Source: Acetobacterium carbinolicum (GTDB lineage Bacteria > Bacillota > Clostridia > Eubacteriales > Eubacteriaceae). Taken from it: a stretch of DNA of 24,000 bases. Position 1 is the first letter of the stretch. Each line of letters begins with the position of its first letter. The stretch covers positions 2,617,105 to 2,641,104 of the forward strand of contig NZ_CP173357.1 in the NCBI RefSeq assembly GCF_047456275.1. The letters are read 5' to 3'. The position numbers were made by a program, and so were the translations under genes. Below, in pieces: positions 7,504 through 16,379 of the stretch. The notes under the pieces are model-generated. The model saw only the letters and a list, made by a program, of their open reading frames with translations, was not told where the DNA came from and made no database searches.

Positions 7504-8592
7504 ATGATCGAAACCAAATATACCTTAACACACGTCATCGACCATACCGAACCGGCTGACCCCAAGTGGCGTCAGGCTGCCCGCGATCATATTGAAAAAT
7601 TAGCGATTCCGCCCTGGAGTCTCGGTCAGCTGCTGGTTGTTGCTGAACAGTTGGCCGGGATTCAACGCACCATCCGACCCAATGTCGATAAAAAAATGGT
7701 CATCACCATGGCCGGAGATCACGGCGTGGTGGCCGAAGGGGTTTCTGCCTTCCCTCAGGAGGTGACCCCACAGATGGTGGAAAACTTTGTCAAAGGCGGA
7801 GCGGGCATTAATATTTTAGCCAAAGCCGCTGGCGCCGAAGTGATTGTCGTTGATATGGGCGTCGCTGTGGATATGCCCGAACTGGTTTCACAAGGCGCCA
7901 TCATTGACTGCAAGATCGCCCATGGCACCAAAAACTTTTATCAGGAACCGGCAATGACCCGGGAACAAGCCATTGCTGCGCTGGAAGCCGGGATCAATGT
8001 GGCTTCCAAGGTGATCAAAGAACAGGGGATCAATCTGCTGGCTACCGGCGATATGGGGATTGGCAACACGACCCCCAGCGCCGCTATTTTAGCGGTGATG
8101 GCCGAATATCCGGTTTCATCAGTAACCGGCCGGGGCACCGGCATTGATAACGCCACCTTGCTCAACAAGATCAAAGTGATCCGGGAATCGATCAATCGCC
8201 ATCAACCCGATAAAACCGATCCCATTGATGTCCTTTCCAAAGTCGGGGGCTTCGAGATTGCCGGGATTGCCGGCGTAATCCTGGGGGCTGCTTTTAATCA
8301 GGTGCCGGTTCTGGTGGACGGCTTTATTTCCACCGCTGGTGCGCTGATCGCCAAGGCCCTTTGTCCCCAATCGCTGGATTATATGATTCCCTCCCATCAG
8401 AGTGAAGAACCGGGGCATCAGCTAATGTGGCAAGCCCTGGGCTTACGCCCCCTGCTTAACCTCAATTTCAGATTAGGGGAAGGCACCGGGGCAGCGGTGG
8501 CGATGCACCTGGTGGAATCCTCGGCCCGGGTCATCTGCGACGTCTTAACCTTTACTGACGCAGGAGTAACCAATGGTCATGAATGGGTATGA
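7504..8592 (+). CDS. cobT: Nicotinate-nucleotide--dimethylbenzimidazole phosphoribosyltransferase
   Basis: I moved the start to ATG 7504 (gaaagga RBS); the track start at 7450 adds an implausible hydrophobic extension. CobT hallmarks are present: PPWSLGQL near the N-terminus, MAGDHGV, DMGIGNTT and LGEGTGA. Confidence 0.9.
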   Translation: MIETKYTLTHVIDHTEPADPKWRQAARDHIEKLAIPPWSLGQLLVVAEQLAGIQRTIRPNVDKKMVITMAGDHGVVAEGVSAFPQEVTPQMVENFVKGGAGINILAKAAGAEVIVVDMGVAVDMPELVSQGAIIDCKIAHGTKNFYQEPAMTREQAIAALEAGINVASKVIKEQGINLLATGDMGIGNTTPSAAILAVMAEYPVSSVTGRGTGIDNATLLNKIKVIRESINRHQPDKTDPIDVLSKVGGFEIAGIAGVILGAAFNQVPVLVDGFISTAGALIAKALCPQSLDYMIPSHQSEEPGHQLMWQALGLRPLLNLNFRLGEGTGAAVAMHLVESSARVICDVLTFTDAGVTNGHEWV

Positions 8593-9625
8593 TCCCCAAA
8601 CCAACGGCGGCCAGTATTTAGAAGACCTGGCCACCGCCTACTGGGTTTCCGATGCGCTGTTCACCGCTTTGGAAATGGATCTTTTTCAAACCATCGATGA
8701 TTTCGGGATCCGCGGTGCCAGTCTCTTAGAACTCGCCCCAAAACTGGGTGCCAACGAAAGCGCCCTGGAACGTTACCTGGCACTTCTAAACAGTCTTGGT
8801 CTAGTAGGATGCTACCAAAATGTTTATTATAACCAATTGATTACCAAAGAATATTTACTAATAGCGAGTCCGCTTTATCAGGGCGACTCGCTGCTGTGGC
8901 GTAAAAATCTTACTGATGACTGGAATACGCTTAAAGCTTCGCTGACTGCTGGTGGTCGGGTCAACTTTCTGCCGGCGGATATCAGCGAAGATGAACTTAA
9001 CCTGCGCCGGGCTAAATACATCAAAGCCATGGACAACGTGGCCAAGTTAAAAGCCCGCGACTGCACCACCTTTTTTACCGAACTCAGCGGTGATATTCTG
9101 GATGTGGGAACCGGCTCCGGAGCTATGGCACTGGCCTTTTTAGAAGCCTTTCCGGGCACTCGTGCCACCCTGCTCGACATTGTGCAGATGCTTCCTCAAA
9201 CTCAAAAACTTGTCGATGCCACCGCCTACGCAGATCGGGTTAACTACCACCCCGCTAATATTCTGGAACCACAATGGGGTCTTGCCAAAAAATATCGGTT
9301 GATCATTCTTTCTAATATTATTCACGCCTACGCCGAGTCGGAAAACGAACAGGTTTTAAAAACCGCAGCCAGCCATTTGAGTGATGATGGCATCATCCTG
9401 ATCCATGATTTTTTTAATGAGCATGACCCGGTCAAGGCTCACCTGACCGATATCAATATGTTTTTAAACACCTACAATGGCAAAGTTTTTTCCGGAGCCT
9501 GGGTAATTGCCGAGCTTAAAAAAAATGATCTACTCACCTCATCGCTGATTCCTCTGGCCACCGACACCGCCCTGATCTTTGCCGCCCGAAGCCAGATGGC
9601 ACTGGATACCATTTATTTCAAATAA
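8573..9625 (+). CDS. bzaC: Class-I SAM-dependent (O-)methyltransferase, BzaC-type
   Basis: 350-aa ORF with an aggag RBS (8562-8566) 6 nt before ATG 8573. It overlaps the cobT 3' end by 20 nt. It has an N-terminal helical dimerisation-type domain and the SAM motif I LDVGTGSGAMAL. Confidence 0.8.
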   Translation: MVMNGYDPQTNGGQYLEDLATAYWVSDALFTALEMDLFQTIDDFGIRGASLLELAPKLGANESALERYLALLNSLGLVGCYQNVYYNQLITKEYLLIASPLYQGDSLLWRKNLTDDWNTLKASLTAGGRVNFLPADISEDELNLRRAKYIKAMDNVAKLKARDCTTFFTELSGDILDVGTGSGAMALAFLEAFPGTRATLLDIVQMLPQTQKLVDATAYADRVNYHPANILEPQWGLAKKYRLIILSNIIHAYAESENEQVLKTAASHLSDDGIILIHDFFNEHDPVKAHLTDINMFLNTYNGKVFSGAWVIAELKKNDLLTSSLIPLATDTALIFAARSQMALDTIYFK

Positions 9626-9656
9626 TTATTATCGTTAACCAAATCAAGGAGAAACC

Positions 9657-10985
9657 ATGAAAATACTTTTCATCCAAGCCCTCTCAATGGAGGGTATCGA
9701 CATCGAGCGGGTTTATCCCATTGGGATCGTCGTGCTGGCATCTCAGGTCGAGCGGCAAACCAATCATGATCTGCAGCTTTTTGACATGAATATGGCCATC
9801 GATCCCTATGGCGATTTACGCTTACAACTGGATACCTATCAGCCGGACGTGGTCTGTCTGTCGCTACGAAATATTGATCCTTTGGGTAATAAAACCTCGT
9901 CGTTGATTCCCGGCTTTGCCGTTACCCTGGCTTTTATTAAACGCTACGCGGCTGATACCAAAATCTTAGTCGGTGGAACCGGTTTTTCGCTATTCCCGGA
10001 ACGGCTGATGCGCGAATATCCGGAAATTGACTTCGGCGTGACCGGCGAGGCCGAAAAAATCATTGTGCCACTACTGGAAAATCTCAATAACCCGCCCCAC
10101 CTCCCAGGGCTCTGCTACCGCGAAAACAAAGCGGTCTTGATCGTCCCACCGGTGGGTGATTATGATATGCTGGATTACGTGATGCCCAACCGCGATCTGC
10201 TTGATCCCCGCCCCTACCTCACCGTTAATAAATATGTGGAAAGTATTGGCGTGGAAACCAAACGGGGCTGCTGTTTTAGCTGCGGCTACTGTTCCTATCC
10301 GCTCCTGCAGGGCTCTAAAATGCGTTGCCGCACCCCTGAAGCGGTGGTCGATGAAATCCAGTTTCTCTACGAAACATACGGTGTCACCCGGATCCACTTC
10401 ACCGATTCGGTGGTCAATATTCCGGTGGATCACCTCGATACAATCTGCGCTGAAATCATCCGGCGAGGTTTAAAAATTAACTGGAGCGGTTTTTTTCGCG
10501 AAAACCTGTTAACCGAAGAAAACGTCGCCCTCTATACCCAATCCGGCTGCGAATGCTTTTCCCTGTCCCCCGACGGCCTGAGCCAAACGGCCCTGGATGC
10601 CATGGATAAGCATATGCGTGTCCAGGATATCCTCAACACTGCTCAGGTGTTGGCAGGCAGCGGTGTGGTCACAGTTTATCACTTCCTCGTCAATACCCCC
10701 GGGGATACCGCCGCAACCCAGCAGCAAGCCAGGGACCTCATCGATGCGATTTACGAGATCCATCACGCTTCCAAAACCCTGGGTACCATTGTACTCAATA
10801 ATATCCGTATTTTACCGGGCACCAAGGTAGAACAACAGGCTCTGGCAAACGGGGTGATCACCCCGGAAACCGATCTGCTCTACCCCACCTACTATAACCC
10901 GGCGCCCTTTGACCGGGTCCGCTATGATCTGGAAATCTATCATACCAAAAAAAATATCTTTATGTGGCAGGAGGTCACCTCATGA
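9657..10985 (+). CDS. bzaD: B12-binding-domain radical-SAM enzyme (class-B methyltransferase-like), BzaD-type
   Basis: 442-aa ORF with an aaggag RBS. It has an N-terminal Rossmann-like B12-binding-type domain and the radical-SAM triad CX3CX2C in GCCFSCGYC (nt 10269-10292). Confidence 0.8.
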   Translation: MKILFIQALSMEGIDIERVYPIGIVVLASQVERQTNHDLQLFDMNMAIDPYGDLRLQLDTYQPDVVCLSLRNIDPLGNKTSSLIPGFAVTLAFIKRYAADTKILVGGTGFSLFPERLMREYPEIDFGVTGEAEKIIVPLLENLNNPPHLPGLCYRENKAVLIVPPVGDYDMLDYVMPNRDLLDPRPYLTVNKYVESIGVETKRGCCFSCGYCSYPLLQGSKMRCRTPEAVVDEIQFLYETYGVTRIHFTDSVVNIPVDHLDTICAEIIRRGLKINWSGFFRENLLTEENVALYTQSGCECFSLSPDGLSQTALDAMDKHMRVQDILNTAQVLAGSGVVTVYHFLVNTPGDTAATQQQARDLIDAIYEIHHASKTLGTIVLNNIRILPGTKVEQQALANGVITPETDLLYPTYYNPAPFDRVRYDLEIYHTKKNIFMWQEVTS

Positions 10986-12466
10986 ATGTCATTCTTTTAG
11001 AACATCCCCGCTCCTACGGCGACGACCGCTGTAACGATATTGCCAACGCCCCCCTTTCAGCCTGCTTGAACACCGGCTATATTGGCGGCATGCTGGCCGC
11101 CAACAACATTGATGTGACAATTGTGGACGGCTATCTGGAACAGCTGGATTATCCGGCCATTGAAGAGCAAATAGCAACGCTAACGCCCACGATTTTAGGG
11201 ATTCACCTGGTTTATCACTGGGAGGACAACAAAACCCTTTATCAGTTTATTAAGCACATCAAACAAACCTATGGCATTGCTTATGTCTGCGTTTATGGTT
11301 TTTACCCCACCTTTGCCTATGAAGAAATTCTTAACCGCTGTCCGGCCATTGACTCAGCCCTGTTAGGCGAAGCTGAACTGACTTTCTTGACGCTGGCCGA
11401 AAATTTCCCCACCGTTCCCCAGTCGGGAATCGCCACACGCACCACTAATGGCATTGTCGCGACCCGAGGCGAGGTTGTTACGGATGTGGATTCATTGCCC
11501 TTTCCTCTGCGCAGCACCAGCTCCTATTCTTTTGGCGAGGTCAATATTTCCGGTAGCCGGGGCTGTTACGGTGGCTGTACTTTTTGTTATATCAACCCCT
11601 ACTACGGCGATACAAAACGGAAATGGCGGGGCCGAAGTCCGGAGAACATTATCACCGAAATCGATACAATAATGAAGCAAACCGATATCCGCTACTTTTA
11701 TTTTATGGACCCCAACTTCTACGGTCCCGGTCGCGCTGGAAAAGAGCGGGTCCTAAAACTGGCCCATCTTTTAAAAGAACGCCACATCCACTTTGGCATT
11801 GAAGCGCGGGCCAACGATATCGAAGAAGAAACCATCAAAGCCCTGACTGACGCCGGTCTTAAACACATTTTAATCGGTCTGGAAAGCGGCCTTGATGAAG
11901 CGCTGAAACGGCTTAATAAGCTGACCACCGTGGCTGATAATGAACAGGCTCTGGAAATCCTCCGGAAATACGGCATCGAACCCAGCGTCGGTTTTATTAT
12001 GTTTGAACCGGACTCGACCCTGAAAGATCTGAAAGTCAACTACGATTTTTTAAAACGAAACGCTCTACTGGATAAGCTGGAAATCAGCGTTAATGTACTC
12101 TATCATCATATGATTATTCTTAAGGGTAGCTCCTCCTACAAAGCCCTCCAGGATCAGGGGCGGCTAAATATTTCCCCTCACTCCACCTATGAGGCAGATA
12201 CTGATTATCTTAACCCAAGGGTGGCGATGTTAGCCGGGATGATGAGAGACATGACTAATCATATTTTTTCCTATATGAAAGATACCTGGGAACTGAGCTT
12301 TAAGAAAGATCCGGTAATTCTGGAAAAATATCGTCTGATCAATCAGCTGCTGATTCAATCCTTTGAAGATTATCTTTACTTACTAAAAAACAGAGAAATC
12401 ACTATTGATCAACGAAACAGTTTTGTGGATACCTTTAATCATACCGTTGATGGAATTATGGCATAA
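10982..12466 (+). CDS. bzaE: B12-binding-domain radical-SAM enzyme (class-B methyltransferase-like), BzaE-type
   Basis: I placed the start at ATG 10982, which forms an ATGA overlap with the bzaD stop (10983-10985). The radical-SAM triad is CYGGCTFC (nt 11564-11587). It has the same two-domain layout as bzaD. Confidence 0.8.
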   Translation: MNVILLEHPRSYGDDRCNDIANAPLSACLNTGYIGGMLAANNIDVTIVDGYLEQLDYPAIEEQIATLTPTILGIHLVYHWEDNKTLYQFIKHIKQTYGIAYVCVYGFYPTFAYEEILNRCPAIDSALLGEAELTFLTLAENFPTVPQSGIATRTTNGIVATRGEVVTDVDSLPFPLRSTSSYSFGEVNISGSRGCYGGCTFCYINPYYGDTKRKWRGRSPENIITEIDTIMKQTDIRYFYFMDPNFYGPGRAGKERVLKLAHLLKERHIHFGIEARANDIEEETIKALTDAGLKHILIGLESGLDEALKRLNKLTTVADNEQALEILRKYGIEPSVGFIMFEPDSTLKDLKVNYDFLKRNALLDKLEISVNVLYHHMIILKGSSSYKALQDQGRLNISPHSTYEADTDYLNPRVAMLAGMMRDMTNHIFSYMKDTWELSFKKDPVILEKYRLINQLLIQSFEDYLYLLKNREITIDQRNSFVDTFNHTVDGIMA

Positions 12467-12503
12467 AAAACGCCTAAAGGGAAATCCCTTTAGGCATTTT
12501 TTT
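12465..12503. terminator. Bidirectional intrinsic terminator between convergent bzaE and the CNNM gene
   Basis: Perfect 10-bp stem gcctaaaggg (12472-12481) / ccctttaggc (12486-12495). An A-run lies upstream (12465-12470) and a T-run downstream (12497-12503). Confidence 0.8.
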
Positions 12504-12511
12504 ATCTGATT

Positions 12512-13762
12512 TTATTCAGACTCAATTATTTCATTTCTAACAACATTTATCTCAATCACGTGACGTTCGTCCGACTTGGTAATGGTGAAGGTCAGATTTT
12601 CAAACTCAAAGGATTCACCCACATTGGGAACGCGATCCAGAAATTCAACAATCCAACCACCTACCGTGATCACGTCAAAATCATCATCCATATCAAAAAG
12701 ATCAAACATTTTTCCCAGATTTGCTTTTCCTAAAATCCGATATTCGTCTTTGGATATTTTTACAAATTCATCGATGACCTCATCATGTTCGTCCCAGATT
12801 TCACCAACCAGTTCTTCAATGACATCTTCAAGGGTGACAATACCAGCGGTTCCGCCATATTCGTCGGAAACGACAGCAATATGGCATTTTTTCTGCTGGA
12901 GCAGCGTTAGCAACTTGGAAATTTTCATATTTGGAGTGATAAAGACCACCGGGCTGATGATTTCTTCCAGACTGCTGTTGCCATTGGCCACATAATGGGT
13001 AAAATCCTTATAACTGATAAAACCGATAATCTGATCAATGGTCCCCTGATAAACTGGCAGCCGGGAAAAACCAGTTTCAAAAAACAACTTGGTAATATCC
13101 TCCTTGGGATTATCCACATCAATAGCGACCACATCCACCCGATGGGTCAGGATATCATCCACATCCAGGTCATTGAACTCGATCGCACTGCGAATCAATT
13201 CTCCATCCTGAAGATCGATGCCACCATCATTTTCTGCTTCTTCCACAATGGTCAGCAGTTCTTCTTCGGTCATGCTGCGTTCATCATTAACCTTAAACAA
13301 TTTATCAAGCATTTTTTTCCATAACATAAATAAAAAGTTCACTGGTGTTAATATAAACATCAGAAACCGAATAAAAGGAGCCGCAAACATGGCAAAACTT
13401 TCAGGTGAATCTTTAGCCAGACTTTTAGGTGAAATTTCACCAAAAATAAGTACCAGTACGGTCATCACCGCCGTTGAAATGGTCACTCCGGCATTGCCGA
13501 AATAGCGAACAAAAACCACCGTAGCAATTGATGCTGAAGCAATGTTGACAATATTATTCCCGATCAGAATTGTCGATAATAAAACGTCAAATCGATCAGA
13601 AAGTGCCAAAACCTGAGCCGCTCTTTTGTTTCCGTCTTTGGCCAAATTTTTTATGCGAATACGATTAATGGAGGTAAAAGCCGTTTCCGTCGCCGAAAAA
13701 TATGCTGACATCAGCAGCATCACCACTAGAACTGCAATAAAACCTATAACACTACTGTCCAT
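12512..13762 (-). CDS. CNNM/DUF21-CBS-CorC_HlyC family membrane protein (hemolysin-family / putative Mg2+ or divalent-cation efflux)
   Basis: 416-aa ORF with an N-terminal DUF21 TM domain (SATETAF motif), a central CBS pair and a C-terminal CorC/HlyC transporter-associated domain. A gggagg RBS is present. Confidence 0.9.
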   Translation of the reverse strand: MDSSVIGFIAVLVVMLLMSAYFSATETAFTSINRIRIKNLAKDGNKRAAQVLALSDRFDVLLSTILIGNNIVNIASASIATVVFVRYFGNAGVTISTAVMTVLVLIFGEISPKSLAKDSPESFAMFAAPFIRFLMFILTPVNFLFMLWKKMLDKLFKVNDERSMTEEELLTIVEEAENDGGIDLQDGELIRSAIEFNDLDVDDILTHRVDVVAIDVDNPKEDITKLFFETGFSRLPVYQGTIDQIIGFISYKDFTHYVANGNSSLEEIISPVVFITPNMKISKLLTLLQQKKCHIAVVSDEYGGTAGIVTLEDVIEELVGEIWDEHDEVIDEFVKISKDEYRILGKANLGKMFDLFDMDDDFDVITVGGWIVEFLDRVPNVGESFEFENLTFTITKSDERHVIEINVVRNEIIESE

Positions 13763-13938
13763 TGACTAAGATTCCTCCCAGTAAACAGATTCGTCAGTGG
13801 TCACGCTCTCCGATTTGATAAGTTGTGTCATTTTTGTCTCAGATAATGGTACGTCGTCCAATTCTATTCCTCTTTCAAATATTATTTGTCACTATGATAT
13901 CATATTTTTAGTTACAATTCCATAATATCTGATAAATT

Positions 13939-15120
13939 TTACCTAATTGGCGAATCTTTAAACTTTTTTAATTTTTCGTAATGGTTGAGAATAATCATAA
14001 ACAGCAGATTGTCGTGACCATTACACTTGAGGGAAAAACCAAGGCATTCTTCCATTTTATTTTTTCTGAAAATAACCGTATTTTTGTGGACAAATAAATC
14101 TTCGGCCACCTGTTCAAAGTGAAAATGATAATCAAATATTTTGCGCATCGTAATCATCGCTTCTTCGGTGCCTTTGCCGAAATATTTCTGAATTTTTTGA
14201 ATATAGGGTTCAATAACCAGGGTATAGGCTTCTTTGTCCAGTTGATTATAAAGACGCCATAAATAATGGTGATGAGAGAAATACACAGGTTGATTTTTCT
14301 TATAAATGCCGCTGCGATACATACCATAGGCTTCACCATAGGATTTCACGTAGCCCTTGACGCCCAGATAATAACCGCCCACAAAACATTGCATATTTTT
14401 AGCATCCGCAGCATTTTTCATAACGTCCAGATAGGTACTAATGGTCTTTTCTACCTCCCAGGGTTCTGTTCTCTTGAGCGTTTTGAAAACTAAAATAAAA
14501 CCGCCGGACATCACCGACGAAATATCGTCTTTTAAATGACTGTCTGACAGCTTAATCTGGTTGAGGATTTTTTCAAGCTTTCCTTTTTCAGACGTTTTAT
14601 GATCAATCCCAAAACTTAAAATTACCGCCACTCGACAACTTTCCATACTATAGCCGATGCGCTCGCCCCAATCCGCAATTTCTTCTTCACTGATGCTTTG
14701 CTGATCACTGATCAAAGTGTTTAAAAAGATTTCTTTATCGTTGCGATGGGAATAGAAGCGGTTCATCGTTTCTTGCTGTTCAATGATCAATTCTGCGGTC
14801 ATCTTCACCAGTTTCCCAATGTTTCGGACCTCATCCGGGTCTCCAGTTATTCCAACGACGCCAATGACTTCTCCACCTTTATCCACAATAGGCAAATTAA
14901 TCCCCGGCTTCACACCCCGAAGTTCTTTTGATTGTGTATCAGTCACTTCACAGGTAATCCCGTTTTGAATGGCAAACATGGCTGTTTCATGGAAGCTTCC
15001 AAGTCTGTCCGGCGAACCACTCCCAATTATAATTGCATTTTTATTCATAACATTGATGTTATAACCAAGGGTGTTCATAACTTCATCGGCAATTTTTTGG
15101 GCAATTTTCTTATCCAGCAT
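13939..15120 (-). CDS. cdaR: CdaR/PucR-family sugar-diacid transcriptional regulator
   Basis: 393-aa ORF with an N-terminal sugar-diacid-recognition type domain (NINVMNKNAIIIGSGSPDRLGSFHE) and a C-terminal PucR-type HTH region. It sits immediately downstream of glycerate kinase, which is a typical pairing. Confidence 0.8.
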   Translation of the reverse strand: MLDKKIAQKIADEVMNTLGYNINVMNKNAIIIGSGSPDRLGSFHETAMFAIQNGITCEVTDTQSKELRGVKPGINLPIVDKGGEVIGVVGITGDPDEVRNIGKLVKMTAELIIEQQETMNRFYSHRNDKEIFLNTLISDQQSISEEEIADWGERIGYSMESCRVAVILSFGIDHKTSEKGKLEKILNQIKLSDSHLKDDISSVMSGGFILVFKTLKRTEPWEVEKTISTYLDVMKNAADAKNMQCFVGGYYLGVKGYVKSYGEAYGMYRSGIYKKNQPVYFSHHHYLWRLYNQLDKEAYTLVIEPYIQKIQKYFGKGTEEAMITMRKIFDYHFHFEQVAEDLFVHKNTVIFRKNKMEECLGFSLKCNGHDNLLFMIILNHYEKLKKFKDSPIR

Positions 15121-15138
15121 CGCCCCACTCCTTTTATT

Positions 15139-16290
15139 CTATCTCATATTTTGCGGAAGCATGCATACAATTGCCAGAAAACGAAAAAGGTTATCGATCG
15201 TTTTCGCCAATAACTGGGGCGCATTTTGCATATGCCAGACCAACCCGCGATCGTTACTAAAGATGGCAAAGGCGGCCACCACCCCACAATTGTAAATCGC
15301 TTCATAACCATCATCTAACGCTCCTGAGATCACTACCACCGGAATATTTAGATTTTTTCCCCGTTTTCCAACGCCGGAAATCACCTTGCCCATCACACTT
15401 TGGGCATCGGTTTTCCCTTCTCCGGTAATGATCATATCGGCTCCGTCAATTGCCGCTTCAAAACCAATTTCATCCAGAACAATATCCAATCCGGATTTCA
15501 ACTGGCTTTTAAATAAAGCCACCAATGGTAATGCCATACCGCCAGCGGCGCCAATTCCTTTTAGCTTGACCAATTTCCTGGCTGTTCTTTTCTCAAGAAG
15601 TTGTCCAAACATACTGAGTCCCTGATCCAGAAACATCACCATCTCGCTGTTGGCACCTTTTTGAGGACCATAGATTGCCGCCGCCCCTTGAACGCCACAA
15701 AGAACATTATCAACATCACAAGCAATGACTATTTCCACCTCTTGCAATGCGGGCTTAACCTGGCTGGTATCAATTGTCCTCACCCGGCTTAAATTTTCGC
15801 CGACAGGGGCCAACAATTCCATATTTTGATCATAAAACCGGACCCCCAAAGCATTGGCAACTCCCAGACCGCCATCATTGGTCGCGCTGCCCCCTAAACC
15901 AAGGATAATTTTGTGGCAACCCCGCCTGATTGCATCCGCAATCATTTCCCCGGTACCATAGGTACTTGTTTTTAGCGGATTGCGTTCATCATCTGCTAAA
16001 AGCGGCAAGCCGGAAGCAGCCGACATTTCAATAACCGCTACTTCACCGTTTAAAATGCCGTAGATTGCGGTTATTTCTCTGAATAAAGGGTCTTTCGTTT
16101 TGATTTTTATGATCTCACCAGATTGATGCCTGACCAGTGCCTCTACCAGACCTTCTCCTCCATCCGAAACGGGAATTTTTACGATCTTAGCTGTCGGCAT
16201 AATTTTAAGAATTGAACCTTCAACGATATCACAAACCTCAGTAGCTGACATGGATCCTTTAAAAGAGTCCGGAGCAATCACTATTTTCAT
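15139..16290 (-). CDS. Glycerate kinase
   Basis: 383-aa ORF with the family-typical N-terminus MKIVIAPDSFKGS. The blocks GGSATNDGG and ITGEG(K)TDAQS are also present. Confidence 0.9.
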   Translation of the reverse strand: MKIVIAPDSFKGSMSATEVCDIVEGSILKIMPTAKIVKIPVSDGGEGLVEALVRHQSGEIIKIKTKDPLFREITAIYGILNGEVAVIEMSAASGLPLLADDERNPLKTSTYGTGEMIADAIRRGCHKIILGLGGSATNDGGLGVANALGVRFYDQNMELLAPVGENLSRVRTIDTSQVKPALQEVEIVIACDVDNVLCGVQGAAAIYGPQKGANSEMVMFLDQGLSMFGQLLEKRTARKLVKLKGIGAAGGMALPLVALFKSQLKSGLDIVLDEIGFEAAIDGADMIITGEGKTDAQSVMGKVISGVGKRGKNLNIPVVVISGALDDGYEAIYNCGVVAAFAIFSNDRGLVWHMQNAPQLLAKTIDNLFRFLAIVCMLPQNMR

Positions 16291-16326
16291 TTTGTGCTCT
16301 CCTCTAAATTATATTTTTTATGTCTC

Positions 16327-16366
16327 AAAAACAATAGCATGGGTAAACAGGAAAACCCATGCTATT
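16327..16366 (-). terminator. Intrinsic terminator after the alpha/beta-hydrolase gene
   Basis: 11-bp stem aatagcatggg (16333-16343) / cccatgctatt (16356-16366). On the minus-strand RNA it is followed by gUUUUUg. Confidence 0.7.
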
Positions 16367-16379
16367 GCAGTTAATCATT

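Noticed and set aside
10964-10981. Longer bzaE start, giving MAGGHL...
   Set aside because: It lies fully inside the bzaD coding sequence. ATG 10982 forms a canonical ATGA coupled start/stop and is the better start, although the exact start remains unproven.
13766-13831. 21-codon upstream ORF (MTQLIKSESVTTDESVYWEES) whose stop sits 3 nt before the CNNM start codon and which spans its RBS
   Set aside because: It has no credible Shine-Dalgarno (only gaga) before its ATG and no known leader-peptide mechanism for this family, and I cannot check conservation here. It is most likely a chance ORF in a 5' UTR.
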